This document shows positions 8,006 to 17,158 of a stretch of DNA of 64,000 nucleotides, one piece after another (the first letter of the stretch is position 1; each line of letters begins with the position of its first letter). The DNA lies in NCBI GenBank assembly GCA_903831815.1, contig CAIKZC010000001.1, forward strand, positions 149,502-213,501. The letters are read 5' to 3'. The DNA comes from an uncultured bacterium. GTDB taxonomy: Bacteria; Patescibacteriota; Minisyncoccia; Phycocordibacterales; UBA11359. Made by a program: the position numbers and the translations under genes. The notes below the pieces were generated by a model. That model was not told the origin of the DNA. It did no database searches and was given only the letters and a program-made list of their open reading frames with translations.

Positions 8006-9757
8006 TTATTCCGCTACGACACGCAAAACTTCCTCGATCGTCGTTTCGCCTTGAACCGCTTTGAAAACACCGTCTTCCAACATTGTGATCATGCCTTCTG
8101 TTTTGGCTTGTGCTTCAATGGTGTCCGATGTTGCGCCTTTCATAACCAAATCTTTTATGGTCGTAGACATTTTCAAAACTTCATGAATGCCGATACGTCC
8201 CTTGTATCCATCCTCCGCATCGGAACTTCCGATCGGTTTATAAAAAGGAATTTCTTTCCAAGTCGCAGTAGGTGCAACGACTTTTTCTTCAATCAAAATT
8301 TTCAAAACACGATTTAGGTCAACTAATTTGTTAAGTGAAGTCATCTCAGCTTCATCTAAGAAATATTTTTCTTTCTTTTCGGCAAGTCGACGAACCAAAC
8401 GTTGTGCTATAACGATATTAAGAGTAGAAACAAGTAAAAATGACTCGACTTTCATATCGAGAAGTCGTGGCATTGCTCCCGAGGCCGAGTTGGTGTGCAA
8501 AGTCGAAAGCACAAGGTGGCCTGTGAGCGCAGCGTTGATCGCAAGAGAAGCCGTTTCGTTGTCGCGAATTTCACCGACCATTATAATGTCCGGATCTTGT
8601 CGAACCAAAGTACGCAGGCCTGTGACGAAAGAGAAACCGATCTCGGGTTTGACTTGCGATTGATTGACTCGGGCCAATTGATATTCGATCGGATCTTCGA
8701 TCGTGGAAATATTTACGTCCGGCGTATTCAAAATATCCAAAACGGTATACAAAGTCGTCGTTTTTCCCGAACCGGTCGGACCAGTCGTAAGGATCATGCC
8801 AACAGTCGCTTTCATGGCTTGATGAATACGTTCCAAATTTTCGCCATGAAAACCTAGTTTCTCCAAAGTGTATCCGGCGGCGCTTTCTCGCAGGAGTCGC
8901 ATAACGGTTTTTTCACCGTAATAAGTCGGCAAAGTCGAAACACGGAAAGAAACTTTCTCCCCATTCATCTCGATCTTGAAACGTCCATCTTGCGGCAAAC
9001 GTTTTTCATCCAACTTCAAATTGGAAAGGACTTTGATACGCGCCGTAATGCCGCTGGCCGCATTTTTTGGCAAGACCATGGCGTCACGCAAAATACCGTC
9101 GATACGATATCTGATGAGCATATCGCTTTCGAGAGGTTCCATATGAATATCTGACGCGCCTTGTAAAATCGCATGTTTCAAAAGTGTTTCCACTATACGC
9201 ACGACAGGCAGATCTTCCGCTTGTTTCTTTAAATCACTGACACTGACATCTTCCCCTCCATTTCCGGACAACGATGTGATAGCGGCGGCATCTTTTTGAA
9301 TGAGATCGCCGAACTCAGCCTTCAAACTTTTTTGATACAACAAAACCGCGCTCTTAAGCGATTCACTATCTGTAAGGCGTGGCAAAATTTTTAGATCGAC
9401 TTTTTTCTTGATGAAATCGATGGCGCTCAAGTCCTCGGTATCAAGCATAGCCACTTCGAGCGAATCCTCGTTCTTTTTGAAAGCCACAATGTTGTGATTG
9501 CGGGCAATTGGTTCCGGAATAAGAGAAAGGACATCAAACGGAATCTTGGCGCCTTTCAAATCCACAAAAGGAATGCCGACAATATAGGCTTCCATGCGTC
9601 GCAAATCATCTTCGGTCATTTTGCCGGTGGTCACCAAATATTTTCCCAGATGAACATCCTTCTTTTTGGCTTCGATTTCCGCAGCGTCAAGATCGGCTCG
9701 GGAAATCAGTCCAGAGTCAATGATAAATTCCTTTAATTGTTTCTCTTCAATGTGCAT
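8006..9757 (-). CDS. pilB: Type IV pilus assembly ATPase PilB (GspE family). I place the start at the ATG of MHIEEKQLKEF; the ORF-track start is a GTG 20 codons upstream.
   Basis: It has an N-terminal GSPII-like domain, the Walker A GPTGSGKTTTLY, Asp and His boxes, and a TGHLVLSTLHTN motif. Confidence 0.9.
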   Translation of the reverse strand: MHIEEKQLKEFIIDSGLISRADLDAAEIEAKKKDVHLGKYLVTTGKMTEDDLRRMEAYIVGIPFVDLKGAKIPFDVLSLIPEPIARNHNIVAFKKNEDSLEVAMLDTEDLSAIDFIKKKVDLKILPRLTDSESLKSAVLLYQKSLKAEFGDLIQKDAAAITSLSGNGGEDVSVSDLKKQAEDLPVVRIVETLLKHAILQGASDIHMEPLESDMLIRYRIDGILRDAMVLPKNAASGITARIKVLSNLKLDEKRLPQDGRFKIEMNGEKVSFRVSTLPTYYGEKTVMRLLRESAAGYTLEKLGFHGENLERIHQAMKATVGMILTTGPTGSGKTTTLYTVLDILNTPDVNISTIEDPIEYQLARVNQSQVKPEIGFSFVTGLRTLVRQDPDIIMVGEIRDNETASLAINAALTGHLVLSTLHTNSASGAMPRLLDMKVESFLLVSTLNIVIAQRLVRRLAEKKEKYFLDEAEMTSLNKLVDLNRVLKILIEEKVVAPTATWKEIPFYKPIGSSDAEDGYKGRIGIHEVLKMSTTIKDLVMKGATSDTIEAQAKTEGMITMLEDGVFKAVQGETTIEEVLRVVAE

Positions 9758-9828
9758 GGAGAATAAGTGTGTTAAGTATAACAAATTAAATTCAAAAAAT
9801 CTCCACAAGATATACACGACTTGCGTAC

Positions 9829-9925
9829 AAGAATACGGTTTTCAGGGTCCGGATAGTTTTTCCGCTGAAAAACTTCCTCACACTCGCGCCGTCGCGCTCC
9901 GTGAGCCCCTGAAAACCGTATTCTT
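9829..9925. repeat. Copy 2 of the IR-flanked GC-rich core element. The 20-bp arms are AAGAATACGGTTTTCAGGG(T/G), and the core is in opposite orientation to copy 1.
   Basis: Arms at 9829-9848 and 9906-9925 match 19 of 20. The reverse-complemented core GCTCACGGAGCGCGACGGCGCGAGTGTGAGGAAG aligns with the copy-1 core at about 75% identity by eye. It sits between the divergent pilB and 10032 ORF starts. Confidence 0.6.
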
Positions 9926-10031
9926 TCCCGCAAGTTATGAATAAATTATGTAAATTTGACACCAGTAATGTTTTGTGATATTAAAGTAGAGGAAACTAGT
10001 ATTACTTTACCCATGAAAAGGAGTCCGCACA

Positions 10032-10478
10032 ATGAACACAGTTGCTAAACTGGAAGCTGAATTGCTGGAAATTGCGATTAAACGTGTGATTGCCGCCGGT
10101 CTTACAGTGAATGAAGAGGATGTGACACTCATCCTTCGTGTCAAAGGGCATGGTAGACATCATGACGGGTGGTCGACGGTGATTTCGGACGACGATTGGA
10201 CCAAGATCCTCGCTCTACCCTGGAAGTCGAATGTGGAAATAATGTTTCGAGCCCTGCGAGCAAGAAACAATGAACCTCTGACCGGAGAAGAATTGGAAGA
10301 CACCTTTGATGTGGGCACCGAAAGTTACGCCCTCGCAACTGAGGTAAATCGCTTCTTTCAGCCAAATTTCCTTCCCTTCATCCTCTCGGCCGTAACAACA
10401 CTGCCTCGGCGGAAAAGGCGTCAGGAGGGTAGGTACCGTTTATTCAACAAGAGGCCTCTGGCTAGCCCCGCCAAATAA
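10032..10478 (+). CDS. Hypothetical protein (148 aa) in a GC-elevated single-gene cassette
   Basis: A TTGACA-N17-TATTAA promoter lies at about 9953-9981 and an AAAGGAG RBS precedes the ATG. A terminator hairpin follows at about 10485-10530. I see no recognizable domain. Confidence 0.55.
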   Translation: MNTVAKLEAELLEIAIKRVIAAGLTVNEEDVTLILRVKGHGRHHDGWSTVISDDDWTKILALPWKSNVEIMFRALRARNNEPLTGEELEDTFDVGTESYALATEVNRFFQPNFLPFILSAVTTLPRRKRRQEGRYRLFNKRPLASPAK

Positions 10479-10867
10479 GCCATCGCCCCCATCGAGCCGC
10501 CTCTGGCCAGACAGGGGCGGTTTTCTTTTACTCTATTTTTTTGGGAAATTTGACAAAAATAATAAGTTGATATAAATTAATAGACAGCCTAGTTCCCAAT
10601 ACCATTTGCCGAACATTGATTGCCAATTGCTCGTGCAATTTGCAATTTCCGATTCCGCGTTTCCCGTAGCTTGGGTGCCCACGCACCCCCCCTCCGAAGG
10701 CCGCGCTTTCCCTTACCCACCGGGAGGCGCGGCCACTTTTTTTACCTCAATTTGACTTATTTCGTCAGATAGCCTATAGTTAAGGAGTCCAAGTTCGCCA
10801 CCAGCGAACTTCTTTTTTTAGAAAAACCGGCGAAAAACGACAATTTGCCGGAATAATCACAAAAAAC

Positions 10868-12091
10868 ATGTTTGATCTAAAAGTTATCAATTCCGTACTC
10901 GAGCAGTTGCAAGAAGAGCGCGGAATTCCAAAAGAAAAAATTATTGAGGCTATTGAAGCCGCTTTGGCGACCGCCTACAAGAAAGAATACGGCAAAAAAG
11001 GCCAGATTGTTCGCGCTACTTTCAATTTAAATACCGGCGCTACCGAATTTTCTCAAGTCAAAATTGTCGTTGATGAAACTAAAGTCCTTTTTGAGAAAAA
11101 AGAAGGTGAAGAAGCCGAAAAAGAAGAAAAAACCGAAAAAGTTGTCAAAACTAAGAAATCCAAGAAAGCTGCCGAGGAAACTGAAACTCCGGTCAATCCT
11201 GACGATGAATTTAAGGTGCATTTCAATCCGGAACACCACATTTTGTTAGATGATGCCAAGAAAATTAAAAAAGACGCCAAAATTGATGACGAAATCGTTT
11301 TCCCACTTGAAGTTAAAGGAGATTACGGTCGCATCGCTTCTCAAACCGCAAAACAAGTCATTATTCAGAAAATTCGCGAAGCTGAAAAAGTTTCTGTGCT
11401 CGGCGAATACGGCAAACGCGAAGGCGAAATCGTTTCCGGAACCGTTCAGAGACTTGAAAGGGGCAATGTTTTCCTTGATATGGGGCGAACTACAGCCATT
11501 TTGCCATATGAAGAGCAAATTCCAGGCGAGCGATACCGACAAGGAGAACGCGTTCACGCTGTGCTTCTCAAAGTTGAAGACGGTGCTCGAGGCGTATTCA
11601 TTAAACTTTCACGTTCAAATCCAAAATTCTTGGAAAAACTTTTTGCGCAAGAAGCTCCTGAGGTTGTCGGCGGTACTGTAGTTATAAAAGGTGTGGTACG
11701 AGAAGCCGGTTCACGTTCAAAAGTGGCCGCTAGCTCAAATGATGAACACGTTGATCCTGTTGGATCACTAGTTGGTCAACGAGGCGTGCGTGTTTCGACT
11801 GTTATGAGTGAGCTCGGTGGTGAGAAAATCGATATTATTGAATGGTCAGCTGATCCTAAAAAATATATTGAGGAATCTCTTTCTCCGGCCAAAGTTCAGA
11901 GTGTAGAAATTGATGAGGCTGAACACAAAGCAACGGTGACTGTTGCCGAAGATCAGCAATCTCTTGCAATTGGTAAAGGTGGACAAAACGTGCGACTTGC
12001 CGCAAAACTTACCGGTTGGAGAATCGACATTCAATCAACAAAACCTGAAAAAGATACCAAAAAAGACGATGATGAAGATGAGAGTGAGTAA
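10868..12091 (+). CDS. nusA: Transcription termination/antitermination factor NusA, carrying a Lys/Glu-rich low-complexity insertion
   Basis: It has the NusA N-terminal domain, S1 and KH domains (LAIGKGGQNVRLAAKLTGWRIDI). The KE-rich insert is at about aa 75-105. Confidence 0.9.
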   Translation: MFDLKVINSVLEQLQEERGIPKEKIIEAIEAALATAYKKEYGKKGQIVRATFNLNTGATEFSQVKIVVDETKVLFEKKEGEEAEKEEKTEKVVKTKKSKKAAEETETPVNPDDEFKVHFNPEHHILLDDAKKIKKDAKIDDEIVFPLEVKGDYGRIASQTAKQVIIQKIREAEKVSVLGEYGKREGEIVSGTVQRLERGNVFLDMGRTTAILPYEEQIPGERYRQGERVHAVLLKVEDGARGVFIKLSRSNPKFLEKLFAQEAPEVVGGTVVIKGVVREAGSRSKVAASSNDEHVDPVGSLVGQRGVRVSTVMSELGGEKIDIIEWSADPKKYIEESLSPAKVQSVEIDEAEHKATVTVAEDQQSLAIGKGGQNVRLAAKLTGWRIDIQSTKPEKDTKKDDDEDESE

Positions 12092-12116
12092 GATTTAAAA
12101 AAACAAACCAGCAAAC

Positions 12117-12146
12117 AAAAAACTTCCCTCCGGAAGTTTTTTGTTT
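12117..12146 (+). terminator. Rho-independent terminator after nusA (AACTTCC...GGAAGTT + T-run)
   Basis: Read directly from the sequence. Confidence 0.7.
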
Positions 12147-12290
12147 GTGAAAGGTTATCCACCACTATTACTTTGACGCAGCAAATAAAATAACTATACT
12201 ATTAGCTAGATAAGATTTGCTGTTGGCACGGTGCCAAATAGCAATTGTTGAATTTTATCGGTAACAACCATTGGCGAAGGAGCAGATACC

Positions 12291-12461
12291 ATGGCGAAAG
12301 CGAAGCTATACGTTCCACCCAAAGTTCTGGGTGTAACTACAAGCCCCGATCTGACCAAGTGCATGCAAAACACTGGCGGGATCCAGCCGCGCTCGACGTT
12401 TCGGATTTATCGACAGCAAGTTGTACCTCAACGGCGAACTCTAAGCGCCTGCTTGAGATGA
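12291..12461 (+). CDS. Possible small ORF (56 aa) in a GC-rich micro-cassette. Its stop overlaps the ATG of a further 15-codon ORF (ATGA).
   Basis: A TTGACG-N16-TATACT promoter is at about 12174-12202 and an AAGGAG RBS sits 7 nt upstream of the ATG at 12291. A strong terminator is at 12507-12545. An alternative is a non-coding RNA; the ORF-track ORF 12245-12505 is in another frame and lacks an RBS. Confidence 0.2.
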   Translation: MAKAKLYVPPKVLGVTTSPDLTKCMQNTGGIQPRSTFRIYRQQVVPQRRTLSACLR

Positions 12462-12930
12462 CGAACGATCTGTTCGAAAATCTCGGCGGCATCACCAATA
12501 ACTAACCCAGACAGTCCCACATTGGACTGCCTGGGTTCGTTTTTTATGTAAAAATTATGTCCAAAAAAGTTATCCCCTTTTTACATTTGACCGAAATTAA
12601 TTAAATAATTATACTTTTACTTGGATGTACGAACGTGATTTGCTGGCGTATCCAGCCGTCACCGCGCGATTCCGCGCCTTATCCCCGTTGGCCATAGGCC
12701 AGAGGAGGAAGCATGCACCGCGTCGCTTTGATTGGGACTCATGGTCCGCCCCTGCGAAAAGCGCAGCGGGCGCTGAAGACCGCACGGAGATCCTGATCGT
12801 CAAGAAGACCGATCGAACGGCGTATGCCGGATAGACCTGAGCAATTTGCTGCTCGGGTCTGTTTTTTTGCAAAATTCCCATTTTTATATATAGTATAGGA
12901 CATATTCATTAATAGATAAGTAAAGAAAAT

Positions 12931-14958
12931 ATGAACGCGTATATCATTTTTGCATTAGTAAGTTCGGTGGTCGCTATTGTTTACGGTCTCGTTCTCGCTC
13001 GAATTATTATTAAAAAAGATGCCGGTAGCGAACGAATGCAAGAAATCGCTAGCGCTATTCAAAAAGGCGCCAAAGCTTATCTCAATCGCCAATACAAAAC
13101 CGTTGCCATTGTTGCCATTGTTCTCTTCGCAATTATTTGGCCACTTATCGGTTTCACAACTGCTCTTGGTTTCGTGGTTGGAGCTGTTTTCTCAGCGCTC
13201 GCCGGATATATTGGAATGAACATTTCTGTGCGTGCTAACGTTCGTACAACTGAAGCTGCCAAAAAAGGAATTAAAGAAGCACTTTCTCTCGCTTTCCGCG
13301 GAGGCTCTGTTACAGGTTTGCTCGTTGTCGGTCTCGCTCTCCTCGGCGTTACCGGGTTTTACGCACTTTCAAACGGTGACACCAAAGCTCTCATTGGTCT
13401 CGCTTTTGGTGCCAGCTTAATTTCTGTTTTCGCTCGACTTGGTGGCGGTATTTTCACCAAAGCTGCTGACGTCGGCGCCGATCTAGTTGGAAAAGTTGAA
13501 GCCAATATTCCTGAAGATGATCCACGAAATCCTGCTGTCATTGCCGACAACGTTGGAGACAACGTCGGAGATTGCGCCGGTATGGCCGCCGATCTTTTTG
13601 AAACATATGTTGTGACAGCTATCGCCGCAATTTTGCTCGGCGGAATTATTTTCAAAGATGCTACCAAAGAAGTTTCTGACGCTGTCATAATGTTTCCTCT
13701 CGTACTCGGTGGTGTTTCAATTTTCTGTTCAATTATTGGAACATGGTTCGTGCGACTTGGAAAAAGCGGAAATATTATGAACGCTTTGTACAAAGGTCTC
13801 GCAGTTTCTGGAATTTTGGCCGCAATCGCTTTCTACTTTGTGACTAAAATGATCATGGTTGGAAATGGTTTGTTCACTTCAAATCAATTATTTATCTGTT
13901 CACTCATCGGACTTTTGTTAACTGCTGCGCTTGTTGTCATTACTGAGTACTACACTTCGACAAAATACGCGCCGGTCAAATCTATCGCCAAAGCTTCTCT
14001 CTCCGGTCACGGCACCAACGTCATTCAAGGTCTCGCTATTTCAATGAAAGCTACCGCACTTCCTCTCATTGCGATTGTGCTCGCAATTCTTGGTTCATAT
14101 CATTTTGCCGGATTGTACGGTATCGCTGTCGCCGCTGTTGCTATGCTTTCAATGGCCGGAATTATTGTAGCTATCGATTCATACGGTCCAATTACTGATA
14201 ACGCGGGAGGTATTGCCGAAATGGCGGAGTTGCCACAAGAAGTTCGTGATGTTACTGATCCGCTCGACGCTGTTGGAAACACAACCAAAGCCGTTACCAA
14301 AGGGTATGCCATTGGTTCTGCTGGGCTTGCTGCTCTCGTTTTGTTTGCTTCATATACACAAGAATTTGCAAACATGGGACATTCTCTAGTTTTCAGTTTA
14401 AGTGATCCAAAAGTTATTGTCGGTTTGTTTATCGGCGGACTTCTTCCATACTACTTCGCGGCAATGTGCATGGAAGCCGTTGGTAAAGCAGCTGGCGCTG
14501 TCGTCGAAGAAGTCCGCCGCCAATTCCGCGAGATCGCCGGCATTATGCAAGGCACCGCAAAACCAGATTATGAAAAGTGTGTCGACATCGTTACCCTTGG
14601 CGCTATCAAAGAAATGATTTTGCCTTCTCTCATCCCTGTCGTCGCTCCAATTCTAGTTGGATTTATTTTGGGTCCTGTTGCCCTCGGCGGTTTGCTCGTC
14701 GGTTCAATCGTTACCGGTTTGTTCGTCGCTATTTCCATGACTTCAGGAGGAGGTGCTTGGGACAATGCCAAGAAATTTATTGAAAAAGGTGAACATGGTG
14801 GCAAAGGTGGAGATGCTCACAAAGCCGCTGTCACCGGAGACACTGTCGGCGATCCATACAAAGATACCGCCGGTCCAGCCATCAACCCAATGATCAAGAT
14901 CTTGAACATTGTCGCTCTCCTCATCGTGCCATTCCTCATTAAATTCTTGATTAAGTAA
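12931..14958 (+). CDS. hppA: Membrane-bound proton-translocating pyrophosphatase
   Basis: The 675-aa polytopic protein carries the H+-PPase signatures [20 protein letters not shown] and [19 protein letters not shown]. Confidence 0.95.
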   Translation: MNAYIIFALVSSVVAIVYGLVLARIIIKKDAGSERMQEIASAIQKGAKAYLNRQYKTVAIVAIVLFAIIWPLIGFTTALGFVVGAVFSALAGYIGMNISVRANVRTTEAAKKGIKEALSLAFRGGSVTGLLVVGLALLGVTGFYALSNGDTKALIGLAFGASLISVFARLGGGIFTKAADVGADLVGKVEANIPEDDPRNPAVIADNVGDNVGDCAGMAADLFETYVVTAIAAILLGGIIFKDATKEVSDAVIMFPLVLGGVSIFCSIIGTWFVRLGKSGNIMNALYKGLAVSGILAAIAFYFVTKMIMVGNGLFTSNQLFICSLIGLLLTAALVVITEYYTSTKYAPVKSIAKASLSGHGTNVIQGLAISMKATALPLIAIVLAILGSYHFAGLYGIAVAAVAMLSMAGIIVAIDSYGPITDNAGGIAEMAELPQEVRDVTDPLDAVGNTTKAVTKGYAIGSAGLAALVLFASYTQEFANMGHSLVFSLSDPKVIVGLFIGGLLPYYFAAMCMEAVGKAAGAVVEEVRRQFREIAGIMQGTAKPDYEKCVDIVTLGAIKEMILPSLIPVVAPILVGFILGPVALGGLLVGSIVTGLFVAISMTSGGGAWDNAKKFIEKGEHGGKGGDAHKAAVTGDTVGDPYKDTAGPAINPMIKILNIVALLIVPFLIKFLIK

Positions 14959-15058
14959 TCGTAAAACGCAAAAGATTGACTTTAAAATCTGATTTGCTAG
15001 CATATTAGTACTCAGACGAAAAAGGATCCGAAAGGTGTAAGTGCCTTAGGAGCCTTTT

Positions 15059-15592
15059 TCATTTACGGCCAATATAGGTCTTAAGATTCTCCAAGTAATC
15101 ATATAATTCTGAACCCATTCCTCTATACAAAGAAGAAGCAAATTTTTTGTTGGGAAACAATATCTTTTTGAATCGTTTTTCTTCAATCAAAAATTCTACC
15201 AGCAATTTATAATCACCATCCCCAGAAACCAAAATTACTTTATCAAAATCTTCTTTTCTATAAAGCTTCTTCATCGCATAGAAAATAATATCCGAATCGA
15301 CATTTCCTTTTTTATTCCCTACCATCCCCTCAAGATGTCTCTTGAACACAACAATAAACCCGGCATTCTGAATTTTTTCATACAACTCTTGTGCCTTGTC
15401 CGTATCCTGAACATAACCTAAATGATAATAGGCTTTATCAACGCTATATTTTTCAGCAAGATAAACTCTGAATCTTTTCAAATCAATAGTCCAAGGATCA
15501 ATTTCCTTTTTCGTCGTGCCCATATACAAATTCTGTCCATCAATAAACGCGATATTTTTCATTTCTTCTAGAGCGTAGCAACAATTTTTCAT
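15059..15592 (-). CDS. NYN-domain (LabA-like) protein, a predicted RNase. An alternative start is at 15562 (MKNIAFIDG).
   Basis: Motifs FIDGQNLY, VDSDII and LVSGDGDY match the NYN/PIN-like fold (PF01936). Confidence 0.75.
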   Translation of the reverse strand: MKNCCYALEEMKNIAFIDGQNLYMGTTKKEIDPWTIDLKRFRVYLAEKYSVDKAYYHLGYVQDTDKAQELYEKIQNAGFIVVFKRHLEGMVGNKKGNVDSDIIFYAMKKLYRKEDFDKVILVSGDGDYKLLVEFLIEEKRFKKILFPNKKFASSLYRGMGSELYDYLENLKTYIGRK

Positions 15593-15814
15593 TTCATTCT
15601 GAAGTTATCCCCGTAAGAAGATACTGCCCAATACACAAAAAAATAACCCAGAAATACTAAATATCCCTAAAAATAAGGGTATTTTGTTAAAACAATCTAC
15701 TCAAACTGCAAAATTGCTTGACATTTGACTCAAAATCTGCTATACTATTAATGCGAGAGATTCGAATAACGCTGTGTTGTTTGAATACTCTTGGTTCTTT
15801 GAGTCAGGTGAAAT

Positions 15815-15928
15815 ATGAAGACCTTCATGAAAATCTGTATCGAAATTGCTACCGTGGTCTGTGTTGGTTTGGCGGTCGTCATCACTGGCTGGCGGTTCCT
15901 GCGGGGAACCTATCGCTGGCCATCATGA
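15815..15928 (+). CDS. Small hydrophobic peptide (37 aa, single predicted TM helix), MKTFMKICIEIATVVCVGLAVVITGWRFLRGTYRWPS
   Basis: A strong TTGACA-N17-TATACT promoter is at 15718-15746 and an AGGTGA RBS precedes the ATG. A terminator hairpin is at about 15965-15995. It is absent from the ORF track because it is under 60 aa. Confidence 0.3.
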   Translation: MKTFMKICIEIATVVCVGLAVVITGWRFLRGTYRWPS

Positions 15929-16073
15929 CACAGGAGTCGCTTTTCAGATAGCGTTTAATATCTGGAGCCCATGCGAAAGTGTGGGTTTTTTCTTGCAAAA
16001 TTTTTCATTTCCCGCTAAAGTAAGGCGACCAAATTAATATATTTATAAATCACGACGTTTAATTTACACAACC

Positions 16074-17105
16074 ATGAAACCAGAATACAAAATCACCGCT
16101 ACCAACAAACTTCCGCACAGCGAAGTTGAAATAACCGTTGAATTACCGGCCACCGCGCTTGATGAATATCGAAAAAAGGCTATCACTGCGCTTGGTAAAG
16201 AGGTGGCAATGGACGGTTTCCGTAAAGGTCATGTGCCGGAAAATGTTTTGGTTTCAAAGATTGGTGAAGGTCGCATTTTGGAAGAAGCTGCTGAACTTGC
16301 TCTGCAAAATGTAACTCCGGCAATTCTCGCCGACGAGAAAATGGATTTTATCACTCAGCCAAAAGTTGCGGTTACAAAATTGGCGACAGGAAATCCTATC
16401 GAATTCAAATTAACAATTGCTCTCATGCCTGAAGTTGGTTTACCTGATTACAAAAAAATTGCCAAAGAAGAGATGGCTAAAAAAGTTGAAGAAGTTGTGG
16501 TCACCGATGAAGACGTCGAAAAAGTTATTGAAGACATTCGCAAGCGCATGGCTCCCCTTCCGGAAAAAGAAGGTGAGGAGCCAAAATTGCCGGAACTCAA
16601 CGAAGAGTTAATCAAACAACTTGGAAAATTTGAAGACGTGGCTGATTTCAAAATAAAATTAAATGAAAACATTAAACAAGAACGTTTAAATCAACAGCGC
16701 GAGAAAAAGCGTATTGGTATCGCCGAAGATTTGGTTTTGGAATGCAAGATTGATTTGCCGGAAGCGTTTGTCGAACAAGAAATCGCTCTTATGCTCGCTC
16801 GTTTCAAAGACGATATCTCTCGCATGGGTCTAAAGTTTGACGAATATTTGAAACACATCAAGAAAACTGAGGAAGATCTCCGAAAAGATTGGCGAGTTGA
16901 TGCTGAGAAAAAAGCCAAATTGGAATTGGTTTTTGTGGAAATTGCCAAAGCTGAAAAAATAAAACCGGAAGAAGAAAAAGTTTCCAAAGAAGTCGAGCAC
17001 CTCATTGAACATTACCCAACCGCCGACAAAGACCGCGCGAGAGCTTATATCATAAAGCAACTGACACAAGACCTTGTCTTCGAATTCCTAGAGTCACAGA
17101 AATAG
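16074..17105 (+). CDS. tig: Trigger factor, short form lacking the PPIase domain
   Basis: The N-terminal ribosome-binding domain with GFRKGHVP is joined directly to the C-terminal arm domain, for 343 aa against about 430 typical. It lies upstream of clpP as in the canonical tig-clpP arrangement. Confidence 0.8.
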   Translation: MKPEYKITATNKLPHSEVEITVELPATALDEYRKKAITALGKEVAMDGFRKGHVPENVLVSKIGEGRILEEAAELALQNVTPAILADEKMDFITQPKVAVTKLATGNPIEFKLTIALMPEVGLPDYKKIAKEEMAKKVEEVVVTDEDVEKVIEDIRKRMAPLPEKEGEEPKLPELNEELIKQLGKFEDVADFKIKLNENIKQERLNQQREKKRIGIAEDLVLECKIDLPEAFVEQEIALMLARFKDDISRMGLKFDEYLKHIKKTEEDLRKDWRVDAEKKAKLELVFVEIAKAEKIKPEEEKVSKEVEHLIEHYPTADKDRARAYIIKQLTQDLVFEFLESQK

Positions 17106-17125
17106 AAAATAAAAATATAAGCAAC

Positions 17126-17152
17126 AAAAAACTTCCGATTGGAAGTTTTTTG
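17126..17152. terminator. Bidirectional terminator (AAAAAACTTCCGATTGGAAGTTTTTT) between the convergent tig and rsmE
   Basis: A perfect hairpin with A-run and T-run flanks. Confidence 0.7.
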
Positions 17153-17158
17153 TTGCCA

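Noticed and set aside
8006-9817. GTG start (MYILWRFF...) for pilB given by the ORF track
   Set aside because: The downstream ATG at 9757 (MHIEEKQLKEF) gives a canonical PilB N-terminus and length. The 20-codon extension is hydrophobic junk and would place the start 12 nt from the repeat element.
11027-11280. Minus-strand ORFs (70, 75 aa) and a plus-strand 61-aa Lys-rich ORF within nusA
   Set aside because: They are artefacts of the Lys/Glu-rich low-complexity insertion in NusA, and lie in-frame-shifted or antisense.
12623-12850. Possible SRP (4.5S) RNA because of a GGAGGAAGCA stretch
   Set aside because: The universal domain-IV motif (GUCC-GGAA-GGAAGCAGC with a GNRA tetraloop) is absent. 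The AGGAGG is better explained as an RBS for the 27-codon ORF.
13359-14375. Minus-strand ORFs inside hppA
   Set aside because: They are antisense to a clearly conserved membrane pyrophosphatase. Ala/Ser/Thr-rich shadow frames are typical of GC-rich codon positions.
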